A stretch of DNA of 63,476 nucleotides, counting the filler, from Octopus bimaculoides (Eukaryota), in the NCBI RefSeq assembly GCF_001194135.2. It is 4 parts of 4 records of this genome, joined end to end, with 100 filler letters (N's around TTAATTAATTAA, not from the genome) between each part and the next. Parts side by side here need not be neighbours in the genome. Positions count along the whole stretch, not along the records: positions 22,571 to 48,477 come from NC_068989.1; 3 more parts are not named here. One strand, written 5' to 3'. Both the position numbers and the translations under genes were made by a program. Of this stretch, positions 26,336 to 38,937 are shown piece after piece. The notes under the pieces are model-generated. The model searched no databases, was not told where the DNA came from, and saw only the letters and a program-made list of their open reading frames with translations. How positions within the stretch are numbered: position 1 is the stretch's first letter; every line of letters begins with the position of its first letter.

Positions 26336-27061
26336 CAGAGAGTGATAGGTAGTTTCATGTTAGAGATAATTCTATTAAATAAATTCATTATAAGCGTTCA
26401 TCGTCGGAAAAAAATATAGCACCGGTTTAAATATTTCAAAATTGAGTCTATCAATCTGACAAATTATGAGCAAGTTATGATGTTCCTAAATAAAATGTTT
26501 CGTTGTTATGGCTTCTGTTGTTATGGAATTCAGTTACATTTAATTTGTAATGCGTTTAGCATCCTCAGTCTTTCATTCCATTTCGTATTTCCCTCCCAAC
26601 TCTTACATCTTCTTTCTTTTCATTTTCTATTACATTTTTGACACCATTGTCTTCCACATCTTCGTGCTTAAATTTTTGCGTGCTGATATTTTTTCTGTTT
26701 TTGTGGCTGGAGGGGGTTGTCTTTTCTTTATTATTCTATATTTTGAATAAGAAGAATCTTGAGTAAATGTTGTTTCATGCAATTGAAATTGGCATGGAAG
26801 CAATAACTGACATAAAGGAAAGAGCCGTTGAAACTGAGGCACCACGTAAGACAGAACAAATCGCTTAATTCCATTAGCGGATCTTTTTTAAAACGGGGGC
26901 CACATTTTTCATTAACGAAACACTTTGAAACTTGGAACACTGGTAGAATGTGTCATATAAAACATCTTTTTCTCTTAGTCTTCTTTAAAAAAAAAGAAAT
27001 CCATAAATTATTCCATGTTAAAGTTGTCGTATTTCTGTAATTTCAACCAATCACTGACGTC

Positions 27062-27256
27062 CATTCAGCCGATATACATTAAGTGCCGACTACATAAACA
27101 AACGATTCTGAAACAATTAACCCTAACCCTAACCCTAACCCTAGGGTTAGGGTTAGGGTTAGAGTTAGGGTTAAAGCAAATTTAAAATGAAAAAAGCAAA
27201 TAAAACGAAGAATCGTTTGTTTATGTAGTCGGCACTTACTGTATATCGGCTGAATG
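27062..27256. repeat. Foldback: 48-bp inverted repeats flanking a palindromic (CCCTAA)n/(TTAGGG)n core
   Basis: 27062-27109 and 27209-27256 are reverse complements with one mismatch. Core 27117-27174 is centred on CCCTAGGG. Confidence 0.9.
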
Positions 27257-27418
27257 NNNNNNNNNNNNNNNNNNNNNNNNNNNNNNNNNNNNNNNNNNNN
27301 NNNNNNNNNNNNNNNNNNNNNNNNNNNNNNNNNNNNNNNNNNNNNNNNNNNNNNNNNNNNNNNNNNNNNNNNNNNNNNNNNNNNNNNNNNNNNNNNNNNN
27401 NNNNNNNNNNNNNNNNNN

Positions 27419-27455
<37 letters not shown>

Positions 27456-30400
27456 ATATGTAGATGTATATTTATATATCAGCTGTGTAATCTCTGTAAC
27501 TATTCAAACAAAGAATGATTTATTAATGCTGCACTTGAAATATAAAACAAATAAGTAGCAATATAATTATAAATGAGCAATAATTTCTACTTCTACACTT
27601 GAAAACAAAAATTGTGAGAGAAAGCTTGCGTTCACCTTTCTGAAGGTTTCATCACAAGTCGTAATTCACGGGTTACTCATTTAAAATGTTTACAGTAGTC
27701 TTATCAAATTAAGAATCGTAAGCAATTTATAAGATTGCTTTAAGAATAAAAAATATGCATATCTGATGATAACTCTTATTTTCTACATCGTAGTATCATG
27801 TATTACACTATATTTCACTTCGTTGCATGTAATAGTGGGAAAAGTCTGAAAGCTTATTGAACAATCTGTTCACAACTACTGAATGTAAATCAACTTCAGA
27901 CATTGTATTTCTCAGTAACCCACTAAATTATAGTCATTCCAGTTTACATTTCCGTGAAAAACAACCATAAGGTATTTACAAAATAAGGTATTCAGCGATA
28001 GATATTTATACAAATCATGATACATAAATAATCCGGAGTTAATTACTTACGTCTTCAGTACTACAAATATATTGCACTTTGAAGATATATACATTTCATT
28101 TGAAAGAAGATAACTTTTATCTTAACCTTTCTGGCCAGTATAAAGATTCTAGTGACAGAAATACGAGTATGCCAGTAGTAAAAACTACCGTTGTCTTCAA
28201 ATCGTAAGAAAACATATCCTTAGATATGAAAATATCTAGCATGTGATTTAGTGCAAAGCTACTGTGCATTATTTATTCGATGTTCGGAATATATTAAGCC
28301 ACAATATTTTGTGAATGGTAAGGAACCAAAATACAATCATTTAGTTATACTAAACTTTAGGTTTATAGTACATATGATGTATAATAGGTTTACAGTGCAT
28401 ATAATGTATAATTGCTACAGAATAGTGTTCATATTTTTAAAGAATTAAATGATGCATTAATAAATAGTATAATTTGATTCTTAAGTTTTTTAAAGAATTT
28501 AACTTTGTTGGAACCATGTGACTACTGGTTACCTCTTCGTTCGAGTTTTTTTCATACAAGCATTAATCTGTGTTTAGTCTGGTTATGTTTTACATCACTC
28601 TTTCAATCTAGGAGTGAATGTAATGATCATTGATATTGCCCCCTCCTACCTTTGGATAAATTGTGTACGAACAAGACAAGAGTCTACAGTAATAGAAAAA
28701 TTCCATTACCTGAAGTAAAATATTTTTTATGAATAATATTCAATATATATATATATATATGTATGTATGTACATATATATATATATATATATTCCTTTAT
28801 GTAGATATACGTAATTTGAAATATTGAAATGAAAGTTTGAAAAAATACATTCGTAAGCTATTTTATAGTTTAAGACATGAAACAGTGAAACGGTGACCAG
28901 TCGTTCAAGACCACCGTGTGGCAAATCGTGTGCCTTTAGCGGAAGCCACACAGTCACCAGTACTCTGATAAGATCTCCTGTTTGAGGCTACCTTCCAGTC
29001 GTCTATCGGTGTCATAAGTTCTGTAAATTTCCCGGGCACTTCGTTCGTTTCTCAATAAAAGATGAACTTTCTTTTCGCCAATTATATTCTTATGTTTCTT
29101 CTTATCGAATGATATCGATCGTATTATATATAGCATCCGAGAAGTAAGTTACACTACAGCTTATGTGTACTAAAACAGCAGCAGCTTTCTATGTATTAAA
29201 TATGTTTGGGTTCTTTGAATGCTAGAACAATAGAAAGTGTCAATATTTTCTTGTAGGGGTTTTTGCTTTACCCTTACACGCAAGAATGATCTTAGTTGGT
29301 GTTACACCAATCTAAATACTGATAGATTAAAGCTGTTTTGTGAATCGTATGCATATTCAGTTCTTTAAGCCACTAAAACTTGAAGCTCCTAGTGAGACAT
29401 TCCCAGTGTTGCGTCAAATAAGAGATAGACGAAGATAGCTTATATTGATGCTAAGTGTGAATACCGCATGGCCTAAATTAAGTTCATATTATGTATTTGT
29501 TAACATAGAAACTGATTTATGCATCTCAAAAAAAGATAGAGAAGAATATGATGAATGATATATTTCCAAGTGGTTAAAATCTAATAATTAGTAATTACCA
29601 ATTCAAAGTTATATATTTAATATCCAATAACTTTCAACTCTTAGGTTTTTTCCCGTTTCAGCATATTTAGTATCTTCCGTGGAGACGCTAAGATTGCTTT
29701 GCATTATGGTAATTCAATGAGAGAAGTTGATTTTGTATTGCATTGCATTCAAGTAAGTGAGAAAGACAGACATAGACAGAGATGAGAAATGAAATTTTTA
29801 AAAAATATACATATTAAAAATGGTGTATTTAGTTCAGAATAAAACATGAGTGAATCACTGATAATTATCTTCTTGCTAACGCCTGAAATAGGTGATCAGA
29901 CGTTAGAATATTTCGGAAATTATCCGATTCAGGTCTTGCCTTCAGACATTTTATTTATCAATATATTTGTGTGCATGTCTTTTTTAGCTGAACAACACAT
30001 TGCTCATGCATTCATATTTAGATGTCGTCTCAGTTTCAATATGTAATAATCAATGCCATAAAAAAATAAAATTTCCTTTGTCAATGCGGAGATTAGTTTA
30101 TTCGTTTCACATAGAAGAGACAACGACAAGAGGGATGTGCTTTTTTTATTTTCTTTTTCAAGTTGTTTCAAACAAGTAATTTATTAGCACTTCATGGTGA
30201 TATATATTTTCTTATATATTTAATATTCAATTATCTCTAAATCTGTGAGCGTTTCCGTTTCAGCATATTGTGCGTCTTCAGTTCAGGTGTTAAGATTGTA
30301 TAACAATGCCTTATCTCAGACAAAATAAAATAAAGGAATCCTAAGAAGAAGGTGTCGAAAAAGGAAAAAGAGGAGGAAGAGTTGGTAGAGGATTCACTTG

Positions 30401-30861
30401 CTCTTATTTTGATATGGCAAGTACATTGTACAAAATAAAAAAGTTGATACATTTAGTTTAGAAAAGCTTAAGTGTAAATGATTATTTCACTACAAAAACA
30501 AACTGAAGAAGTTTGATCTGACACTGGAATAATTCAGAGAATTTCCGTCCTAGCGTACTTTACACTTGGTTGTTGGTCGAGCCATATGTTTGTTTGTTTC
30601 TGGAATGTGAGCTGGTTAACACATGGTTGTTATAATCTCGTATATATATCGTATATATTTCATTATGATATAACTATTTAACTGGTTGACTGTGATGTTT
30701 TAGGAGGAAAGACGCCACATAATATTTTTATATATATTTATTTTCTGCAAGTAATTTTCGACTTTAATCTAGCACGATCAAATTGGAGTAAAAAGAGAGA
30801 GACTGAGCAGAATATAAGGAAAAAGAGAATTAGTAAGGACAAAAGAGACACACATGCAGCC

Positions 30862-30866
<5 letters not shown>

Positions 30867-30928
<62 letters not shown>

Positions 30929-31240
30929 NNNNNNNNNNNNNNNNNNNNNNNNNNNNNNNNNNNNNNNNNNNNNNNNNNNNNNNNNNNNNNNNNNNNNNNN
31001 NNNNNNNNNNNNNNNNNNNNNNNNNNNNNNNNNNNNNNNNNNNNNNNNNAGAGGAAGAGAGAGAGGAAGAGAGAGAGGAAGAGAGAGAGGAAGAGAGAGA
31101 GGAAGAGAGAGAGGAAGAGAGAGAGGAAGAGAGAGAGGAAGAGAGAGAGGAAGAGAAAGTGAGAGAGGTAGAGAGAGAGAGGAAGAGAGAGAGAGGAAGA
31201 GAGAGAGAGGAAGAAAGAGAGAGAGAGGAAGAGAGAGAGA

Positions 31241-31272
<32 letters not shown>
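30867..31272. repeat. (GA)n / (GAGAGAGAGGAA)n purine satellite
   Basis: Visible tandem runs interrupted by an N gap. Confidence 0.95.
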
Positions 31273-31274
<2 letters not shown>

Positions 31275-32379
31275 TCGTAGAGATAAGATAGGGGAGAGAA
31301 AAAATGAAATGTAAAGAATGAAACTGAAGCTTAACATATTGAGAGAGAGAGAAAAAAAATCAACGGTGAGGAAAATTAGGATTAGAAGTGATAGAAAGAG
31401 AAGGTCAGAGAGAGAGAGAGTGGAGAGAGTGGAAAGAGAGTGGAGAGAGAATGGAGAGAGAGTGGAGAGAGTGTGGAGATAGAGATGAGACAGAGAGAGA
31501 GTAGATGAAACTTCAAAAAGATTTCAACAGGTTTAAAGTAGGTAGAACGAATATTATGAAGACGAATCTGTGATGTCATCCTCATTCTCTACTTTTTATC
31601 CTTTTTGAAGCCCATCAAATTAATGATATCAGCAACTCTGAGGATTTTTTTTCAAGCATCTACGCTGGATACATTCATGGATACTAATAGTGTCTACGGA
31701 AATGTTACGGTTATTTTGAATATTGTAACCTGGTTGGCCATTTATGGAAAACCATTAAATATATTTTTATTTTGAAATAGCATGTCTTTTTTTTCAAATT
31801 TGATTGTCTAGATGGTCCACAAAAATCTATATAGGTAGTGTGAATATGTAGTCTTAGGGGACAACATCACTAAAAGTTGTATTACTTGTTATGCTCTTCT
31901 AACCACATTTAACTTGAGAATTTTTGGTTTGCTTTTGCTTGTTTGTTTTTGTTTCCACTCTATATCATAAAGTAAGAAATCTTGACAAGGCAGGAAATGG
32001 AAAAGATAATCTATTCTATAATATCATTCTTCTACAGCATGACTCCGTTGGCAAAGTTCTAACAATTCTGAATGTGTTGCATGACATACTCAGTTTCACA
32101 TCACTGCGTGCCACCTTGGGCAAGTGTCTTCTACTATAGAAGACACCATTCTAGAAGAAACTACCGTATTTATTAATCAATCCAGATGAACAACATATGA
32201 ACCTTAATTTTATGAGTTTAAAACTTGACTGATTGGTATATACCTTGTTTTCTCAGTATAGGAACATATTAGGCCATGTGTAAGTTCTTGGACAAAGATA
32301 ACGCAGTGTAACACAATTTTTGTCCTTGGTTAGCAAATGTTATTTTCCTATTTGCTTACTCCTAGAAAGTATGAAAAAT

Positions 32380-32590
32380 GGTTAATATTTCCTTCAAACT
32401 TTGCTTTTGTTACATTTATTCAAACCTTAAATAATTCCTCTCAACAAATGGTTATGATATTCCCCCACTACTCCTGCTTGTGATCAGAGATACACATATT
32501 GTCAGTCACTAAGGGATATGCTCAAGTGGGTGAGGTCAATCAAATGACAAGCAACTTTGTGGTATTGAGCAGAATATTTGCTAAGATATT
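32380..32590 (-). mobile_element. Fragment of the (TAA)-associated non-autonomous retroelement (family E)
   Basis: AATTCCTCTCAACA..TGATCAGAGAT..GGTATTGAGCAGAATATTTGCT shared with copies at 41089, 44247 and 57476. Confidence 0.7.
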
Positions 32591-33310
32591 TCTGCTTCAG
32601 GAACTGTCTGAATTGTAATGAAAAATAGGTCAAGGTTAAGAAAGCAAAGTTTAAAGGGAATGGTTGTCATTTCCTTTGATTTATAGATAGATACAAAAGA
32701 TAAAAGCAAAATAAAAATATCTGTTACACATCATAATGAACGAATAAAAAAAGTTGTAATGCTGTAAACTGCGGAGAGATATAGAATTAATGTTGTACTG
32801 CATGGTTATAAAATCTTTTCAAGATTAGGCAGTTGATAGCAATTTGCAACAAGATGTTTCACTATGTTTCTCAGTCCCCTAAGCGAGATTGTATTTTGCA
32901 GCAATGAGATTTAAAAAGTATGGCGTACAAATATTTTCATTGAACAAAAGCGGGGTAGGTGAAGATATACAATATGCAACCAACCACTGAACATATTTAT
33001 GGATTTATTCATCTTGGAGTTTAACGTACTATAAAATGCTCACGAAAGCAACGTGAAAAGTTTATCGACTTTTGTCTTTGATCCCATTTTAGTCATTACA
33101 AAATAATTATAAGTGCTGCTATCTTCAGAGAAAACTATTATATGAAAGCCTTTACAAATTGTTCAGAATTAATTTCCAATTTTCACTTCTTGTCGTTACA
33201 TTATCTCTAAATCTCTGAAGTATTTTGCACAAGGACTTCATCCTTGATAAATTAACAGATAGGGACGTTGCGTAATGGAAATGGGGAGCCAAAGACGAGA
33301 TAAATGAAAA

Positions 33311-33379
<69 letters not shown>

Positions 33380-33652
33380 NNNNNNNNNNNNNNNNNNNNN
33401 NNNNNNNNNNNNNNNNNNNNNNNNNNNNNNNNNNNNNNNNNNNNNNNNNNNNNNNNNNNNNNNNNNNNNNNNNNNNNNNNNNNNNNNNNNNNNNNNNNNN
33501 NNNNNNNNNNNNNNNNNNNNNNNNNNNNNNNNNNNNNNNNNNNNNNNNNNNNNNNNNNNNNNNNNNNNNNNNNNNNNNNNNNNNNNNNNNNNNNNNNNNN
33601 NNNNNNNNNNNNNNNNNNNNNNNNNNNNNNNNNNNNNNNNNNNNNNNNNNNN

Positions 33653-33708
<56 letters not shown>

Positions 33709-35944
33709 ACACTCACACACACTCACACACATATGGATGGATGGATGGATGGATGGATAGATGGATGGATGGATGGATGGATGGATATATTGGGTTGGTT
33801 GTTATTACAGTAAGGTGGGCTCCGATTGTATTTGTATGTATGTATGTATGTATGTATATATATACATATATGTAATAAGTATATATATCATCGGCAGAAG
33901 TTAGAGAGTAAGTCAAAAGCTGAGAGTTTCGTGTATTGGTACTTATCAAACACGAATTTGTCTATTGTCAATCTGTAACTTCTGATGAAATAACTTCTAA
34001 AATACAAAATTTTGCCAAAAACGTTAAGAGTAAACCCTGTTCTGTGACAATTCTACCAGTATCAAAAGTTTGAAAGTGTTTAGTTTAAACAAATTAATTA
34101 AATGTGTACTCTAATTGAATAGATCCGAAATGGATGAAAAGCAAAGTCGACCACGGCGGAATTTGAACTCAGAAGGTAAAGACAGACGGAATACCGCTTC
34201 TAAAATACAAAACTTTGTCAAAAACATTAAGAATAAACCCTCTTCGAGGTGACATATTCTAACAGTATCGGAAGTTTGAAAGTGTTCAGTGAAAAAAATT
34301 AATGAAGCTGTACGTCAAAGTTGACCTCGACGAAATTTGAACTCGCCGCCTTAGAAAGTAAACATTCGTTTTAGAAATATATTCTTTATTCTTATTGCTT
34401 ATGCGTCACTCCCTTACTTCATTACTTACTGACATGAAATTTCATAACATTTTTCCTTCTAACTCTTTTTCTTATAAATTTTGTTCATTGCGACTAGCGA
34501 TTCTGAATTCCTCATGCATTTTCTATCATTTAAGCCCAAGAAAGGAATACTTTTAATTTAAAATTTTAAAATTTATGTTAATTGAAGATGAATATCTGCC
34601 TTACTACCCCCCTTGAGGTCGCACATATTTTGATGTAACTATTTTTCTACTGAACCAAATCTCAACCTTTTTATGCCAAAGTGTAGCTGAGGAGGTGTCC
34701 TCTTTAAAACTATTAACAGTGTGCACTTTAGTTGAGAACTGAGTTAGTAGAGAAGCTTGTAAGCTGCTGCGATTGACGAAATGTTGAACTTAAAAATATA
34801 TTCAACCACTACCGTGGGTGAATGATTGTGTATATATATTATATATAATATATGTATTATATTATATAATATTATGTATTATATATTATGTATTATTAAT
34901 ATATGTATTATATAATACATATATATATATATGTATGTATGTTTCTATATACATAAGTCTAAGTATGTATATATATATATATAAATATGTGTGAATTATA
35001 CAGGTGAAGTACGAAACATGAAAAGTAGAGGCTTTTCACGTCGTTTTGCGCTATTATGTTAGTTAATGTACACCTTCTTACAAAGATTTCCTATAACAAC
35101 CACAAAGTTTAAAACATAGTGGACCCGTTATGTACTACGTTGGAAACTTATAAACGAATGACAGTATACTATTCAACAGTTACTGTATAAAACGCAATGA
35201 ATGACTAGTTTAGAAACTAGTTTCCGGACTTGCGATAGACAAAAGTTTTCAAACAACTACTCCACAACATCGATAGCAGTATTTTATTATGTATGAGTAA
35301 AAAGAGGTTAATGACCAACCCTCCGGTCATTCTGGTGATGAGACATGGATTGTTCAAATCAATACAGTAATATTAGTATGGAGACTTGTCCTGGAGCAGT
35401 ACTAATGAATTGATCAAATAAAACTGTGATATCTTGTGTATTGAACGGTTGAAAAATAAATGAGTATTCTTTAACTTTGGAATGAAATGTCAGAAATAAA
35501 ATATATTTTATTTTTTCTCTTTATTTCTTTTCTGTCTGGAAGACATGATTTTATTGTTTCATTTTATTACATTTTATTGTGTATTATCTGCGTTTTCTGT
35601 TAAATCCCAGGGAGAAAATAGAAATAATTACTTGTGGGTGAACAGCATATAAATAGTTTGTAGGTGAATAAAGAAGCGGAGAAATATATTGCGGTCGGAA
35701 GTGAGTGCAAAAAGTATACAAACATATAACTGCACGCACGCACACGCGCATGCTCACATACACACATGCACACACACATCCTCGCAGACACACACACACA
35801 TGCACATACACACCCTCGCAGACACACACACACACACTGAAATTAAAACGGAAGTGAAAATACACAGAATCAAGTTATTTAAATCAGATTTAACCGACGA
35901 TATCATTGATTTCAACTTGTCTACAGAAGTAATATATAATATTT

Positions 35945-36112
35945 GTTTCAAATTTTGGGGATGTCGATTACATTAATTCCAGTGTTCAACTGGTATTTAC
36001 TTTATCGATTCCAAATTGATGAAATGCAAAGTCGACCTCGACAGAATCCGAGCTCAGAACGCAAAGACGAGCGAACTGTCGAAAGCGTTTTGCCCGGCGT
36101 GCTAATGTCGCC
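35945..36112 (-). mobile_element. SINE family B
   Basis: GCAAAGTCGACCTCGACAGAATCCGAGCTCAGAACG..CCCGGCGTGCTAA. Confidence 0.8.
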
Positions 36113-36113
36113 T

Positions 36114-36158
<45 letters not shown>

Positions 36159-37082
36159 NNNNNNNNNNNNNNNNNNNNNNNNNNNNNNNNNNNNNNNNNN
36201 NNNNNNNNNNNNNNNNNNNNNNNNNNNNNNNNNNNNNNNNNNNNNNNNNNNNNNNNNNNNNNNNNNNNNNNNNNNNNNNNNNNNNNNNNNNNNNNNNNNN
36301 NNNNNNNNNNNNNNNNNNNNNNNNNNNNNNNNNNNNNNNNNNNNNNNNNNNNNNNNNNNNNNNNNNNNNNNNNNNNNNNNNNNNNNNNNNNNNNNNNNNN
36401 NNNNNNNNNNNNNNNNNNNNNNNNNNNNNNNNNNNNNNNNNNNNNNNNNNNNNNNNNNNNNNNNNNNNNNNNNNNNNNNNNNNNNNNNNNNNNNNNNNNN
36501 NNNNNNNNNNNNNNNNNNNNNNNNNNNNNNNNNNNNNNNNNNNNNNNNNNNNNNNNNNNNNNNNNNNNNNNNNNNNNNNNNNNNNNNNNNNNNNNNNNNN
36601 NNNNNNNNNNNNNNNNNNNNNNNNNNNNNNNNNNNNNNNNNNNNNNNNNNNNNNNNNNNNNNNNNNNNNNNNNNNNNNNNNNNNNNNNNNNNNNNNNNNN
36701 NNNNNNNNNNNNNNNNNNNNNNNNNNNNNNNNNNNNNNNNNNNNNNNNNNNNNNNNNNNNNNNNNNNNNNNNNNNNNNNNNNNNNNNNNNNNNNNNNNNN
36801 NNNNNNNNNNNNNNNNNNNNNNNNNNNNNNNNNNNNNNNNNNNNNNNNNNNNNNNNNNNNNNNNNNNNNNNNNNNNNNNNNNNNNNTCTTCATCATCGTC
36901 GTTATCATCATCATCATCATCATCATCATTAACGCAATCATCACCACCATTATCCTGTTGTTCTTTTCCTCCTCCTCCTCTTCCTTCTTCTACTACTACT
37001 GCTACTGCTGCTGCTAGTACTACAACTACTACTACTACTAATAATAATAATACTACTACTACTAATAATACTACTACTACTG

Positions 37083-37137
<55 letters not shown>

Positions 37138-37864
37138 ACATAGCACGGTTTCTTTTTCTCCTACTACATTATCTAATTTCCATCCACTTTAATTCATTCT
37201 CTGTTTTCGCTTTCTTCTCCAATTCCATTTTACTCCTTCTTCATTACCTTCTTCCATCCTCTTCTATTTCTTCCAATTCTTCTTCCTCCCCCTCTCCACC
37301 GCCTTCCAAACATTTCTTCTTCCCATTTGCCCTTTTCACCCAAATGTTATTCCCTTTCCATTGTACACTACTCTTACGAACATTCTACTGTTTGGCTTCT
37401 GCTGTAAATTCTGTTGCTGCTTCAGTTATAAATATGTTGAGGGCAACAATCCTCTTAAATATGAAATGAAAAACACTTTTCTAAAAGTTTCTCAGTTATC
37501 TCCCCCTTCTCTTTCTCTTTTACCCCCTTTCTCTCTCACTCTTTCGCCCTCTCTCTATTTCTCTCTCTCTCTTTCTCCTCTTTATTTTTCTTTCCTGCTC
37601 TCACTTTTCTATTTCACTCTTTCTCTATGTACTCCCTTTCCCCTCTGTTCTACCTCTTCCCCACCTCTCTCTCTCTCATTAAAGATATATCGCAAAATCT
37701 ATTTCGATTCTGATATAGTTACATAACTAGCTTTGTTTTTGATATCGATGTTGTTGCACAGATTTAATAGTGTAATTTTTTTCACCAATATTTTTTCATA
37801 ACACAGTTTATTTTATTATCATTATTATTATTGTTGTTGTTGTTGTTGTTGTTGTTATACTTAT

Positions 37865-38465
37865 TATTGTCATTTTTACTTTTAATCTACATGTTTGTTA
37901 CAGCCACTTGCCGAGACACGCCCAGTGTCTTAGGGTGAGTGAAGGATAAGAGATGTTACAATATGACTGAAAGCTTGGGTGGGGAAGGTAGACATTTAAG
38001 TGGATGGGATTTTTCTAAGTACTTGTTAGCACACGTTTTGGGATTTCTCTGAGACATGGTTCTCCTGGGATCTTATTTAGATGTTTCTGACATCCCTTTT
38101 TTTTATCATACCAGGAACAGTTCGCGGTTTAAGACGCCACTTCTTTTGTATTTCATTTCCTAGGTCATTATATGTACTTAGTTTGTCAAATTCCTTGACA
38201 TTTTTATTAGTGGGAACACTTACGTATATTAGTGTACAAGTCTTTTCTTCCCTGTCTTTAATAATTATGTCTGGTCGATTAACTTGGATCGTTCTGTCAG
38301 TGTTGACTGGAAAATCCCCGAAGATAGCGAAATTTTTACCTTCAACGACTGGCTCAGGATGATGTTCATACCAGTAAGCAGGAGTGTTAATTTTGTAGTG
38401 TTTACATATTTTCCAATGTAAATACTGCCCAACCCTATCGTGGCGATTTTTATATTCGTTTGGTG
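37865..38465 (-). mobile_element. R4/Dong-type LINE 3' portion (REL endonuclease and 3' UTR)
   Basis: Reverse translation RHDRVGQYLHWKICKHY..WYEHHPEPVVE..IFGDFPVNTDRTIQVNRPDIIIKD..SVP..DKLSTYNDL. The 3' end runs into AAT/AAC repeats. Confidence 0.85.
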
Positions 38466-38901
38466 TCAGAACAGGACATCCCGAGATGAGATGGCTAACT
38501 GCTTCGTCGCTAGTTTACGGGGAGATAAACACACAAACACAGTTTCGAGGCGGTGGTGGGAGGATAAACACAAACACAATGGCACACACACATTTACACA
38601 CACACACACATACACACACACACACATACACACACACACACACATACACTTAGGTTCTATCTTGCAAATCGACTCGCAACGCTTTGGTTAGTCCGAGGTC
38701 ACAGTAGAAGTCATACGCCCAAGGTGCCACACCCTGCGGCTGAACTCAGAACCATATGACATTTCACGCTAGCTGAATTGAGTTCTTTTAGCAGATGTTA
38801 ACAACAAATGCACAGTACACTATGTATTATGTAAGCATGTATGTATGTATGTATATATGTATGTATGTATGTGTGTATGTATGTATGTATATATATGTAT
38901 G

Positions 38902-38937
<36 letters not shown>

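Noticed and set aside
27117-27174. Ancestral telomere-telomere fusion site
   Set aside because: A fusion gives (TTAGGG)n followed by (CCCTAA)n. Here the order is reversed, the array is very short, and it sits inside non-telomeric inverted repeats.
28954-29136. Possible mariner N-terminal remnant
   Set aside because: Similarity is too weak to call and no TIR was found.
30245-30290. Hammerhead-like CTGAAGA..GAAAC on the minus strand
   Set aside because: No NUH triplet followed by a stem I complement, and the duplicate at 29655 does not keep stem II.
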